Shown here: positions 1 through 13,356 of the stretch, piece by piece
Layout of the letters: each line of letters opens with the position of its first letter
Numbering within the stretch: the first letter of the stretch is position 1
Assembly (NCBI GenBank): GCA_051362555.1
Contig: CM120640.1
Span: 35,173,967 to 35,237,966 of the forward strand
Reading direction: 5' to 3'
Length of the DNA: 64,000 bases
Source of the DNA: Lingula anatina
Taxonomy: Eukaryota > Animalia > Brachiopoda
Position numbers and translations under genes: made by a program
Notes under the pieces: model-generated
What the model was told of the DNA's origin: nothing
The model's database searches: none
Seen by the model: the letters and a program-made list of their open reading frames with translations, nothing else

Positions 1-271
1 CATATCAGACTGTACATATATATTAAATGGATTACAAACAGGGACATAAATGAAAAGATACATAACATCCAACTTGCAAACTATAACTGAAAGTAGAGAT
101 TGATTTTGTACGATTGTACAATGTAAAGACTGTCAGGTGAAGAACTGACAACTATTTTAAACTCATTTTTTTCAAGTGCGATGACACATGGGTAAAACAG
201 TAACTGTACCTATTCGGTAATGTGCAAATTCTTAAAAAAAGTGATAAAATATTAATTTTTATCTTCCTTGC

Positions 272-2584
272 CTTATCATCAATATCTGTGATATTCATGC
301 AGTAAAAGACATCATAATTGAAATAGTCCTTGATAACTCTCCTCATGATGTCAAATGAAATATAGGACCTAGGAGAGAGAAAAAACATTGCCAAATTTCG
401 AATTATTGCATGAAGTCAATGTAAGACTGACACCAACATTATTAATCCAAGATAAAAAAAGAAATAAGTTTTATAAATGCAGATGTATTCAAGACGACAT
501 GATTTATTTCATCATTTGAATAACAAATAAATGCAGACTGCTCCTTCCAATTCAACATTTCACTTGTAAAAAGAAAGAAATTCACTTTTGCAGTGATTTA
601 TAAAATGCTGTTGCAAATAAGGAAAGATATAACAATATTCTGCCAAAGAATGTTAATAAAATGGGGAAACGGTGTTTTAAGCTATGTGTATCTTTAATCA
701 AGGTTTTTAAATCTTTAACTGATTTAACATATAGTTTGAATAAATTGTATGTCCAGTAACAGATTTTAAAAACTTGAGATGTGTAAAATATGACTGGAAA
801 ACTGATCTACATGATAAATTGCATAGCTTGTTGCATCCAAAACTTTATTAGTTTGCAATTTCAGATTTAAATTGATATTTTACCTTGCGTGCCCCATATG
901 CGAGGCATCATACACGGTGGGACCACAGCTGTACCATGTGACCTGGCTGCCATTCTGAGGCACAAATAATTCCTGCCATAGAAATTAGAATCAACTGAAA
1001 TATCTTTAAATTTATGGTCTTAAAATAAACCAAGAAACAATTTAACACACATAAATATTTCACTTAACATTGTTATTCATGATCACTCCAATACTAGACT
1101 TTTTGTGCCTCAGTAAAGTTCTTATCTAAAGCTTTTAATTTCTATTTTAACAGGTGGGCTACACTTTGATAACTCAAAGTAAAAATAAACACCATAACAC
1201 CATGATAAATATAACAAGGGATTCTTTCTACCTACCTTTTGCCTGGTAAGACTGTTATATAACTTCAGCTGAGCAACTCCAGTAGCAGCTGGAGGACTCC
1301 ACTTTGGCTGGACTCTTTTTGTTTTTCCTAAAAGCAAAATCAATGCATTATACAATGGACTGTATCAGCCATATATTCTTCCTTATCTTAGCTAAATTGG
1401 CAATACATTTCAACTTCCAATCTGTGCCAAAAACGTTTTTTGATTCCATGTAAATGTACTAGCCCTTTGGGCACTCAAGGTCTAAAAGTGAGCTACAGGT
1501 AGTGAGATGTAAAATTTCAAGTTTTTTTTTTAACTAGTCCATTGTCTCTTTACACTTTCAATTGCCTCTGGCTAATGTTTAATGAACAGAGTGAACTTAC
1601 ACTTGTTTTCCAAATTGAAATAACAACCAGGGGAAATTAAACAGATTAAAGTCTGTCAATTGTAACTTTTAGAAAAAGATGAACTAGTACAGGTTTTTGG
1701 GAGCCTAAAATGGAAAACTGTTTGCTGCATAAGGCTTTATCAATATGATGGCATTTCAAACCAATTTCTAATCAACAACCTACTCAATAAGCCATTATCA
1801 ACTGGATACTTTATTTATAAGCTGAAAGATTTATTTGGATAAATGAACAAACAGAAAAATGTTTTGGACAGAAAACTTTGTCACCATAGCCGGAAAATAT
1901 TACTGGTTGACTGGAGATGACCTGTATCAAACAGGTGTTATTTTTCAGTGCCTGAAGCTCCGTCTTTGAAATGTGTTTGAGTATAAGGCATGACCATGCA
2001 GTATCATATTCCCAGTGCTTAAAGCATGTATTCTTTTCTGACTCCCTCTATAGGCTGAAGTTGACAAAGAACTTTGGAACAGTATCACTTTTTTTTTTTC
2101 ATTTTTATGTGCTTGACACTACAGCAGTAGTTCTCCTCCCTTTAGTTGGGTGTGGGATATGGAATGTGAAATGTGACAATGCAGATGTAAATTGCAATCT
2201 TCATTCTTAACCGATCACCACTGTTCTGTCTGATCTGATCTGATCTGATCTGCACACTCCTCACAAATACTGCTACGGGCCTTTAAATTATGCCCTAAAT
2301 ATAGTCCCATAATTCAGTATCAAATTGTCAGTTAACTAAAGGCGGGGAACAACATATTATATATCTATTATTCACATTTCGCACGAGCTTCAAATCTCCA
2401 CTCGAGTGATGTGCATATGTACACTGCTAACATAACAATTCTGGAATGATTGGACTCATTAAGTGCTTTATAAAATCAAATCAACCTTCACACGAAATAA
2501 TGTGTTAGAAAAATCTTGCAATAGAGTTTAGTTCAATATTAAACAGGAAATATTTCATATAAACATACCTTGACTGTCTGCCAT
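272..2584 (-). CDS. CARS1: Cysteinyl-tRNA synthetase, cytoplasmic; 5' exons only, gene continues past the window start
   Basis: Exons 2569-2584, 1236-1327, 884-972 and 272-368 splice in frame to [18 protein letters not shown]...[73 protein letters not shown]. This has the CGPTVY motif, the HIGH-type motif HMGH and NITDIDDK of class I CysRS. Confidence 0.96.
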
Positions 2585-2679
2585 GCTGTCACACTGATGA
2601 AACCGGAAATAAAAATGCGACCGTGAACCGGAAGATGATAAATCTCGTTCTGGATTTCCCGCATGGTGGAAGGTTCACG
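2585..2679. promoter_or_regulatory. Compact bidirectional promoter region between CARS1 and EIF3M
   Basis: Only 95 bp separate the two divergent ATGs. Two ETS/GABP-like ACCGGAA motifs lie at ~2601-2610 and ~2627-2634, and CpGs are locally retained. Confidence 0.7.
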
Positions 2680-5600
2680 ATGAGTGTACCGGCTTTTATC
2701 GATATTGCCGAGGCTGACCAGGTATTGTGACTCGGAATGTCAACATTTATATTGCAGAAAACGTCATTTATATGTACACTTTATAAAAGTCCGCATGGTC
2801 ACCGTGTTTCCTGTCTGATTTACCTCAAATATCTTCGGAAGTAGAGGAGTCTGTGTACATGTATTGTAACGTGTGTGGCAGTGTGGCATGGCGTTTTCAG
2901 CCCATTTAATAGCTTAAATTAATATGCTCAAAGGTCTTCAAATCTTGGTCTTTGTCATGTGTGTATCAGTACATGTTTGTTTAAATTTTAAAGGGTTTGT
3001 TTATAGGTAAGTGTATTATTGATATTCATACCTCTAGCCTGGGTGGAATTTATCTGTAAATGCTGTCCAGTTATGGGCAAGATATGGGGGGGGGGGGGGG
3101 GGGGGGGGTCTGCTCTAGCTTCTGGGCCAGTGAAATAAAAAGAACACGAACAAGAGGCTTACCAACAAGAAAAGTTTATGCACTTTGTTACTTTATAATA
3201 GTACAAATGTAAAGTTTTATTGGAAGATATTGATACTACTAAATGGTTTGTTATGCACATAACTCCCTCAATTCATGCCTTATTTTATATATATTTCAGA
3301 CAACTGAGCTTAGACAGTATTTGAAGTCATTTGGAGCTGAAATTTCTGAAGAAAATTCTGATGGTGGTTTATTGAATGATCTGCGCCAAATTATAGAAGC
3401 ATGTGAAGTGTGCTTAAAAGAGGCAAATAATGAAGCAGGTAATAAGCTAATGGCATGCCAAGATTACTATGATTTAGCTGTCATGATTCAAGTTTCTAGT
3501 ATTCTTTTCAAAATTTCAATTTTGATATTACCTTGTCACTATTTTTGGTAAACTTGGTAACCTTAACACCTCAAATCCTGATAACACAGGTTGTTTTTAA
3601 TTGCAGCCTTTGGTTCTTGTTGCTTTTAATTGACCTGCATTTTAAAATGTTGAATGATAAGTCTTCTGTTATTACGTATTTTGATTAACAGTCATAGAAT
3701 TGTCTTGTTTGTATCATAACAGAGAGTATTGATGATAAAATGTGTTAAATTGTCATATAACTTCAATGATCTCATTTTGTTAGAATATAACTTAACTATC
3801 ATTATTTATATTTCAGAGTTGGAGAGTGTCCTAAACAGTATCATGTCACTGATCTTATTAATCCCAGTAGACAAATCAGAAGGACTTGTTCTGGCACTTT
3901 GTGAAAAATTGGTCAAATATCCAGCTGGGGACAAACATGCAGGAGCAAGGATACGAGTGTGAGTGTCAGTCTGTGTGCATAAAAACATTTAACAAACATA
4001 TAATAAGTATTTGGCCAGATAAGATTGCATTTGTTTGTGAAAATCCCAAATGAGATTCATCTGATTTTACTTTATCTAATTGCCCATGAAATCAATTTTC
4101 TATTCTGTGCAATTAGATTCCATAATCTTCTGTAATCTTGTTTTTTGCATCAAAGTTTTTTTTTGTGCAAAACCCTCAAAATTGATTATCCAGACTTAGA
4201 TTTTAGACTGACTAAATTTGAAACTGTCTTTAAATACAAACTCGATATATTGCCAGAATCTAATGCATTTTTAAACTCACACCAGACTCCCTATTATGCC
4301 ATTATCAATTTTAAAAAAATATCCTCAATTTCATTTCAGACTGTCCAATTTATTCCATGGTCTTGGTGAGAGGTCTAACTACAGGTATCATGTATATACC
4401 AGCATGATCAAACTGGCCACTGCCTGTGATCTGCTGAGTGCTATACCTACTGATTTGGACCAGGTAAGTGTACACATGTATTCATGATAGAGCGAAGAGG
4501 TTGGCAGAACTGAAGGAATCGAGATTACTTTTTAGTTAGCTCATATTAAAATATGAGTGCATTGGTGATATAACCTAAGGTTATTTATATTTAGTGTTTA
4601 TTTAGCTGCTGTACATGTTCCATGCATTGACTGGTGCTCTGTTAATTCAAAAAAGTTGTGATTATGTAAAAAGAAAGTCACAGTCCTTGCAGTAGTTTTA
4701 TCATAAACTGTGCCAATTTGCATTATGATGAAAATATTTCGTTTTGCAGTTTACATATATTGCTTTTATTTTTTTACATATTTGTTTGTTAGATCAAAGA
4801 ATGGGTGGCCCAATGGGACATTCCCACACAGAAAGTCCAGAACATTCTCAGACTCCTCTATGAGGCATTTGTAGCAGCAAAACAGAGGTAATGTAATGTT
4901 AACTTGTCAGTTTTATTCAATCGGTTCTTTTAAACTGCATGATAATGAGTGATCTGTCCATGTGTGGTCCATTTTGAATTGAAAAATGGTCCCATATTTT
5001 TATGTCACATAAGACTTGTATTTTGTCATGCACATCAACTTCTCAGTGTTGTTGTAAATATACTAAAATGTTAAATGCTATATTGTATGATCTATTGACA
5101 GCCGTATTTTTGCCTTTGTCCTTGTGAGCAAACATCTCAGTGCTTGAGATTACAGTTAGTTTTGTATCCTAACCAAACAGGAAAAAGACTACCTACTTAT
5201 ACTGTTAATAGGATGTTATGATTGTGTATTACAACTTGTAATATAAAATGAATTTGTTCTTTTATTTTTCTAGTGAACAAGCCACAAAGACTATGATAGA
5301 ACTGCTGGGGACATATACAAAAGAAAATGCATCTCAGGCCAGGGATGATGCTCAGAAGTAAGCAATTTTTTCAGATTTTAAGAATTCTGTCATAATTTTA
5401 TGCTAGCAGTTATAACACTTACAAAATTTAATGGTTACAAATCAGGCATTTCAGCAGGGATGTATTTGACTTTCCTAGCTTTTATATATCAAATATTTGA
5501 AAGTTTGTTTTTGGAAAGCTATCAGTAAAATGTACAGAATAAACTACTTTACAAAATAAACACTTGGCACTGTTGTATTGATATGGAACTAAAAGAAAAG

Positions 5601-8454
5601 AAAAGTATTTAATGAATTTTCATAATTTTAGGTGCATAGTAACCTGTCTAGCAGACCCTGGTACATATTTGTTGGATCATTTTTTGACACTCAAGCCAGT
5701 TAAATTCCTGGAAGGGGAACCTATTCACAATGTAGGTTTTGATATTGTGTAGTCCACTTGAAAATGCAAATGTTTGGGTCCTTTTTTTAAGTGTCAATTT
5801 CAGTGGGCTACTATTATTTATCCTGGATCAAACTGATCCACCATCTTTGGTCTTGAAGTTAACACCATCTTTGAAATAGAGTTATTTCATCAGACAAATC
5901 CCATAAATAACCTAGGCCAGAAAAAAAAATTCAATGGGGCCTTTGACTTCATCATTTTGGTTGTCTGGGTATGTGATTTGGCAGGCTTATCTCGTGTGAA
6001 TGTGTTAAAATGGGTCTTTTTGTATGATCTTATATATTGTGAAATAGATATATTGATATTTGCAAAATGCACAATGCAGTTAGTTGACATCTTTCAAAGA
6101 ACAAGTGTGCACTTCACAAACATTACAGATAAAAATAATCTTTCATTGGACATGAAATCATGATTTTAATAATTAATTTAAAATAAAAAGAGATAATGTA
6201 GTTACTGATCATGGATTGTATTACACTATTATTTTAACTCCATTTTGTATTATTTCAGCTTTTGACCATATTTGTATCAGGCAAACTATCACATTACCTC
6301 GACTTTTACCAGAAACACAAGGATTTTGTCAATTCACTTGGTAGGTAAATTGTGCAACAAAATTTTTCTGTCTGTTAAACTTTTTTTTCATGATTAATTC
6401 CCATTTGAGTAAGGAAAAGTCACCCTGAGCTTCAGAGCTGACTTGACACTAACCTTTTCACTGTAGCCTATCTCCATCGTGTCAAGTAACCTCTGACCAG
6501 ATTCGAGTGCCCCCGCCGCCCGCCAATCAAATTTAAAGCCCGCACTCAATGACTCATTGAACGATCTAGCCAATGAACGCGAACGAGTCAAAGCGCGCTT
6601 TGTTCAAATCCGGACCAATCAAAGATAAGGCTGAATATCAGGGACTTGCCGTAACCTGTGGGCAGCACACAAAATACATCATCCCTCAGTAGATAATGAT
6701 GCAGGGCATCATACTGCTCTGGTTTCAATTCCGATATACTCCATGCTTTCTTTGTGTACGGTTATGCACTCGGAACCACTCGGAACTACTCGGATGTCTC
6801 CGCACTCGACAATAACTATGTTGTTAGTATGGAGCTTGCGGAATCAGCCGAGGATTGCCGATTGACGATCAACCAATCAGCGTTTTCACCAAACTTTGGT
6901 GAAAAATTTTGAAACATGGATTCGATTGGCTTATATAAAATAGGTCAAACTATTTTCGTCAGAGGTTACTTGACACGATGGAGATAGGCTACAGTGAAAA
7001 GGTTAGTGTCAAGTTAGCTCTGAAGCTCAGGGTGGGAAAAGTCAACAGGCCATGTATAATTTTTTTAGTTTAGTTTCAAGTCTCAGTCTCTGCTAATGCG
7101 ATGTGTTTTAAGCATAAATGGGATTTTTCACAGGCGTTGTAAATTAAGTCATAGCTAACTGTCCCTATGAATAGTGTTAAGAACATTGATATTGTGCATG
7201 TATTTCTGCCTTTGAACATTTTCACTTCAATAATTATCTCTCTCTGTTTTTGCGATGAAACTGACCCAGATTTTCAATTCCACCAGGTTTATCACATGAA
7301 GAAAATCTACTCAAGATGAGAATTCTGACATTCATGCAGATGGCAGAGGGAAAGAAAGAGATTGATCTTGATACTATCCAGCAAGAGATGCAGATAGGGG
7401 AGGAGGAGGTTGAGCCTTTCATTATAGATGGTATGTCTGGTAGAGGAGGTATACGTCTGAAATTATTGTGAAAGAAGTTTTTCTTTGTCTGTAGATAATA
7501 TTCAGGGATGAGATTTTTCTGACTATTGGTGGATTTCCAACTTATGAGGAGCCAAAAAAAAATCAGTGGCCTTGGCAACCCCCTGGACCCCATGCTATAT
7601 TTTTTCACTAAATGGCTCATACCTGAATATGAAAGCTTTTCTTGATTTAGAGACTAAATGACAATTTCCTTGGTGTCACACTCAAGCACAAAATCACCAT
7701 TCCTGTGATCAAGGTCCATTGATGGCAGATGGAAATGCATTTCATGGCTCATTATTTAGCCTCTTAAGTCAAAAAAAATTTTTTAATGCTCTTTCTGAAA
7801 GACACAGTGGTACTGATATGAGCTGAACCTACAATATTGTTTTAATGATACTGCTGTATAGGTCTCCTTTGCTGCATTTAAAATGTGGGAAACATCAGAA
7901 TAAGATGTTCAAGAAGTTCAGTGTTGAGGGGGGAAAACAATTTTGATATGTTGATAATGACATAAATTTGTTCATTCTAAGCAATGCTAGTTAAGCCTAG
8001 TGGTTTATACACCAAAGATTTTTTTTATCTCATTTTACATAATCAAGTGCCTTTCATCTTACAGACAAACTGTTCTCACTGACATTCTTGATTTAATGAT
8101 AATCAGAGTGTCATGAAAAATACAGTGTGTATTTAATTTTTGGTAGTAGAAACACCATTAAAACAACGATACACATTTAAATGAATGAAGTGGATATTTG
8201 ATTTCGATAATTAATAAAACTTTTTGCATTCTTCAGTTGTACGAACCAAGGCTGTCCGCGTCAAGATTGACCAAATCCAAAGAAAAGTTTTGATCAGCAC
8301 AACAACCCATCGTACATTTGGCAAACAGCAATGGCAACAGCTGAGAGAAGAGCTGGAATACTGGCAGAGCAGCATCAGCCGTGTTCGAAACAGTTTGCAT
8401 TCACTGAGCACATTAGCTTCACAGCAGGCCCAGCAGCCATCCCAACAGGCTTAG
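2680..8454 (+). CDS. EIF3M: Eukaryotic translation initiation factor 3 subunit M (PCI domain), 10 coding exons
   Basis: GT-AG exons 2680-2721, 3300-3438, 3817-3958, 4340-4463, 4793-4887, 5274-5357, 5632-5731, 6259-6340, 7287-7430 and 8237-8454. Starts [32 protein letters not shown]; contains [15 protein letters not shown] and [33 protein letters not shown] at ~8772-8781. Confidence 0.97.
6421..7034. mobile_element. Non-autonomous DNA transposon (MITE) with ~77-bp TIRs and 8-bp TSD, in EIF3M intron 8
   Basis: CACCCTGAGCTTCAGAGCTGACTTGACAC...CCTCTGAC at 6421-6497 and its near-perfect reverse complement at 6958-7034. GGAAAAGT is duplicated at 6413-6420 and 7035-7042. Confidence 0.93.
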
Positions 8455-8888
8455 GGAAATTTCTTTGGCGTGTTCATAGTACATGAAAGAATATTGGGTA
8501 GAGAGTATCTATTTATTGTTGAAAGGGTTAGAAAAATGAGTCATTTGTCATATCTTGGGAAGAACAGCTTGCCTCTTATGTGCTTCCTTGAGACAGTTGT
8601 ACGATGAGAATTGATTGGATTTTTACTATAAACTATGTAATACAGTTGCTACAGACTACATACTTGTGTAGCCAGGCAGGTAAATATTACCATGGATTCA
8701 AGATATGAAATTGAAAGAAAGAACATTGTCATATTTATCAAACCATGCAAGGAACTTAAATGATTTTGGTAAATAAATAAGATTACACATATGATTTAAA
8801 TTAGTTGGTTTTATTTGAAACTGTACCATGAATACAACTTTTTATTGAAAAAATATCATACAGTTATTTTAAAATGGTCTATCTTTTT

Positions 8889-8954
8889 ATTTATGTCCAA
8901 ATTTGCTGAGGCCAAAGGAATTAGGAAACCAGCCGAAAACACTACATGCTCCAT
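8889..8954 (-). pseudogene. Truncated third cathepsin L-like copy (signal-peptide fragment only)
   Basis: ATG at 8952-8954 reads [22 protein letters not shown], matching the start of the 12507 copy ([22 protein letters not shown]), after which homology ends. Upstream flank 8955-10060 is paralogous to 12508-13350. Confidence 0.85.
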
Positions 8955-9187
8955 TCTGATCTATATTCAAAATGATAAGGTAGCAGATTGAGCTCTGCAT
9001 ATCACGTGAATGTTTAGTTGCAATTGATTATCACAGGATGTGTTCATAATTAGATAAAAACCATACAGGTACAACATGATAATTGATACACTTTAATTTT
9101 TCATATCACATAAGGTTGCCTTTGAAAAGTTTTAAAAACCCTTGGATAGTTTTGTATGTTTGTTAAAAATTATGTAAAGGTTGTTAA

Positions 9188-9524
9188 AGGGATAATAACT
9201 CTTCGTATGAGATCTATATTTCACAATAAAAACATTGTGAATTACTCATAGAAATATAATGTATTCTGTTTTACCACAAGAACAGCAGTTATAGCTATTA
9301 TTCTGATATCTGAGCTCGTCTTTAGACCACGTGACCTCCATTGATGGCTATACTCTGTTAAAATCTCTTAAGAGATTTTAACAAAAAACTAAACTTTTTA
9401 GAAAAAAAAACAGGGACTAACTTTGAATATAAAAATGGATTCATTAACCATTGGTAAGTATGGGAAATTTGTTGTTTACTCCAGGAAAATTAATTTTTGG
9501 CAGAAACGAAGAGTTATTATCCCT
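9188..9524. mobile_element. TTAA-target MITE (Kolobok/T2-like termini), copy 1
   Basis: TIR AGGGATAATAACTCTTCGT...ACGAAGAGTTATTATCCCT with TTAA on both sides (9184-9187, 9525-9528). A second copy lies at 26142-26483. Confidence 0.93.
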
Positions 9525-10069
9525 TTAACTTTTCCTGTATCCCAGTTTGACCCTGACACAAATTTTAAAGCCTTTTTTTTTCTTTATCATTAAGTATCAA
9601 CTTTACTCAAATAATCATTAAAAACACTTCAAAAGTTTTTTTTTACCATCTGAATGTACATACATATCTTAAGTATATTAAAACAATGTCCAATCAATAG
9701 CTTACTGTAACAATGGGTAAGGTTTTTTAAACCAATTTGCATAAGTATTGAAGTTTTTGAGCTTGACAAAGACTGACAAACTTTAACAGACAACAACTCT
9801 GAGTTGGACAATTTATCAAATAAGGCTGCTGAAAAGATGTGCTAACAATAATTGTAGTCATATTTTGAAGAACAGCAATATATCTAAAAAGGCCATTGTC
9901 AGTAAAACCAGTGTAAGATAATAAAGGCTTGCTAGTTGCATAACTAAAATTGAAGTAACATGGCTGCAATATTCATTGTGAAGCGCTACTCAGTTGGCTA
10001 AGATTCAAAGCAGGTTTTCTGAAGATGGTTTCTATTTTTAATGTTAAAACATTCTGAAACGGGACTCTG

Positions 10070-12507
10070 CTACTGCCTGTAAATAGGCAGACTGGCTGCT
10101 GTGGCTATCCCACACAAGTTGCCTACATTTCTGGCTATCAAGATATAACCGCCCATTCCCCAAGTTGTTCCTAGTGATAAGCAAATTGATATTATATGGT
10201 ACAATACACATTTAGAAACAGTTAACTGTCAAAGGAAATGTTCTTATTCAACAACATAGTGAGACAAACACGAAAAATATTAAAAAATTGCAATATTTAA
10301 TCAATGCAATATGAAAATTTACATCCACTTTAGATAAATTAACCAAATGCATTTTAGAATGGTGTCACTTATTTAACACAATTAACTGTGCGAGATATTT
10401 ACACATAATATATGCCATTGGGACATTTTCGAACATGGCACCAAATTGATATAAAGTTATTATACAGTCCAATAATTTTACAAATGTTATTTCCGATCCT
10501 GAAATATTGAATAAATTAAATGTCTCTCACCCCAGTTGTTCTTACAGATCCAGTAATCCTTCCCAGACATACTCCCATACCCAACCAACAGGAGAGCATG
10601 GTCCAATCGTATACGACTGCATGCTGGCTCTACATACACCCCACTCCTGTAAAGCATGAATGAAGCATGGTTAGCATCAACCATCACCACCACAGGATTT
10701 TGAAGAACAGCAAGTTGAAGGTCTATCTCATTGCCTCGCATAACAGTTCGGGATCCTTTGATCTGAACAGAAAATAAAATCATGTTTGTGAAGATGTTAT
10801 ATTACAACAATTTTACGTTTCTTGCGCTGTTATAATTTTCTTTAAAAAAAAATTTGTGTAATGAAATATAACAAGATGTACCCATTGCTTTACCTGTTTG
10901 CGTGTATCAAGTGTTTACAGATACAAGTTGAATAATTATCTCTTTTTTGACATTTCAATTCAATGAATTGGAAACAGAAAATTGGATGTGTTATAACGGA
11001 CGGGGTCTTATTCATCTGTAACTTTACATTCACAAGAACTCCCCACATGCTTCTTTCAGATAACGCTTTTTATTAATGACATCACTCTTAAGGTGGTAAT
11101 TTGGTCAAGACGCAACCAATTAGATATAACATTATGTTAGAGGAATATGCCTTGTATCAGTTGTATGAAAAAAATATCCATGAATATCAACATTTTCTCA
11201 GGTTGCTTTAGGTTTCTCACCTGTGCAGCAGGGTGGCAAGAAGCACTGTGACATACTCCACTAGAAGCATTATGAGGATAGTCTGCCTCTGAGCACAGTC
11301 CACCCAGCTTCTTAATGCAAGCAAAGGGATTCCCCGTTGGGTGTCCTCTTGTGCAACAGTCAGAAGTCTCTTGTACACTAAGGGCAAACGCATGGCCAGT
11401 ATTGATTTTGAAGTAACCATATAAGCTGTCTGAAAAAAATACATGAATGGAGTAGCTTTGAAGATCATCACATAATGTAATAAATTACAGCATGTGGATA
11501 TTTTCTTTTTGATGCATTAGTTTTCCTTCAGATATCATATTTTCAATAATTTAAAATGACAAAATTCACTTCATTTTTCATATCAAAATTTTAACTATAT
11601 CAATCTTGAAGTAAAAAATTATCTTTTTCATTTTAAAATAAAACTATTATTATTATTATTTTAACATGGTTTTATCAAATTTAACAATAAAACTATCACC
11701 TATAACTGCATATGCAGTAGCATCCCTGCCTTGATTTGTAACTGGTGGAACTGCTCCCCTTTTTCTCCAGTCAAAGGAGGCAGGCACACCTTGTAGTTTT
11801 TGATTCATGTATTTCACTTCTTCTGTCTTTTGTCGTTTAACCACAGCTGTTTCACTCACCATTTCCTACAGAATTTTACAGCATGGTATTTTCGGTAATA
11901 TCCTTTTATATACACTGTTTATGTGCACGAAGTTCATCTAGACAAAAACTTTCAAATTAATGACACAATAAAATGAAAATATCACCGTGTAACTCAGCAA
12001 GTGCAATGTGGAAACATTCCATTGCTATTGTAATGTATTTGAAGAGACCGTGTTAATATTTTTATTTTATTTTTTATTTATTTATTTTTTTTATTTTTTA
12101 AAGAAAATGCAATAAATGTTTCCCTATGTTTATAAAACCAGGAAGTGTCACTTGGTGTCAGGATGTCATTTTTTTACAAAGTTCTTGAGGAGTTAAAAGT
12201 ATACATAGATCAATACATATGCTTACTTGTGATAACCGGTTGTCAAATATTAATTTCATTGACTCACCTTCAGTGTTCTGTCAGCAAATTCATTAAGTTC
12301 CACCGTGAACGAAGAATACTTTGAGTTGTGGTCCAGCACAAAGGCTAAATTTCTGGCCCATGTATGTCTTCTAAATTCTTCCTCAGCAGCACTTTCATAT
12401 TTTTTGTGATGCTGTTTCTTCCATATTTGCCAGTGAGTTTCATTTATATTCAAACTGGCTGAAGCCAAAGGTATTAGGAAACAAGCTAAAAACACTACAT
12501 GCTCCAT
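10070..12507 (-). CDS. Cathepsin L-like C1A protein, copy B; predicted catalytically inactive
   Basis: Five exons (~12268-12507, 11700-11865, 11221-11430, 10531-10762, 10070-10170). Signal peptide, I29 prodomain with ERFNIN-like pattern and LNEFAD, mature [41 protein letters not shown]. The catalytic Cys region reads [10 protein letters not shown]. Confidence 0.9.
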
Positions 12508-13356
12508 TCTGTTCTTTATTCCAAATGATTAGATAGCAGATTGATGTCTGGATATTATGTGAATGTTTGGTTGCAAGTAATTATCATAGGGTGTGTTCAT
12601 TGGTTCATAATTAGATAAAAACCATAAAGGTACAACATGATAACTGATACACTTTAATTTCTCATATCACATAAGGTTGCCTTTGAAAAGTTTAAACAAC
12701 CCTTGGATCGTGTTTGTAAAAAAACATATGTAAAGGTTGTTAACTTTTCCAGAATCCCAGCATGACCCTGACAAATTTTTAAGCCATTTTATTTATTTAT
12801 TTATTTTTTCTTTATCATTTAAGCACCAACTAAACTAAAATAATTTTAAAAAACTTTTTTAAAAAGTTTTTATCATCAGAATGTAAGACAACTTTATTCT
12901 GCTGCTATAGCAGTGCCAAAGGGGCTTTTTAGGATATCATATAAATCTCTGTAAGTACATTACTTAAGTATATTAAAACAATGTCGAATCAATAGCTTAC
13001 TGTAACAATGGGTGAGATGTTGACACTATTTTGCATAGGTGTTTAAGTTTTTGAGCTTGACTGACAAACTTCAACAGTCAACAACACATTAAAATATAAT
13101 ATAATTACTCAAACAGGGCTGCTGGAAAGATGTGCCAACAATAACTGCATGTAGTCAATATATTTAGAAAGGCAACTGTGAGTAAAACTAGTGTAAATTA
13201 AGATAAAAAAGGTTTGCTAGTTATATAACTAAAAATGAAGTCATGTGCCTGAAATTTCATTGTGAAGCACAACTCAGTTGGCTAAAATTCTAAGCAGGCT
13301 TTCTGAAAATTGTTTCTATTTAAAATTCTATGTGAAACAGGACTTGGCTACTGTCT

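Noticed and set aside
3086-3108. Poly-G run (also poly-C at 15848-15882) as a G-quadruplex element
   Set aside because: Simple homopolymers of uncertain length, prone to sequencing error, with no supporting context.
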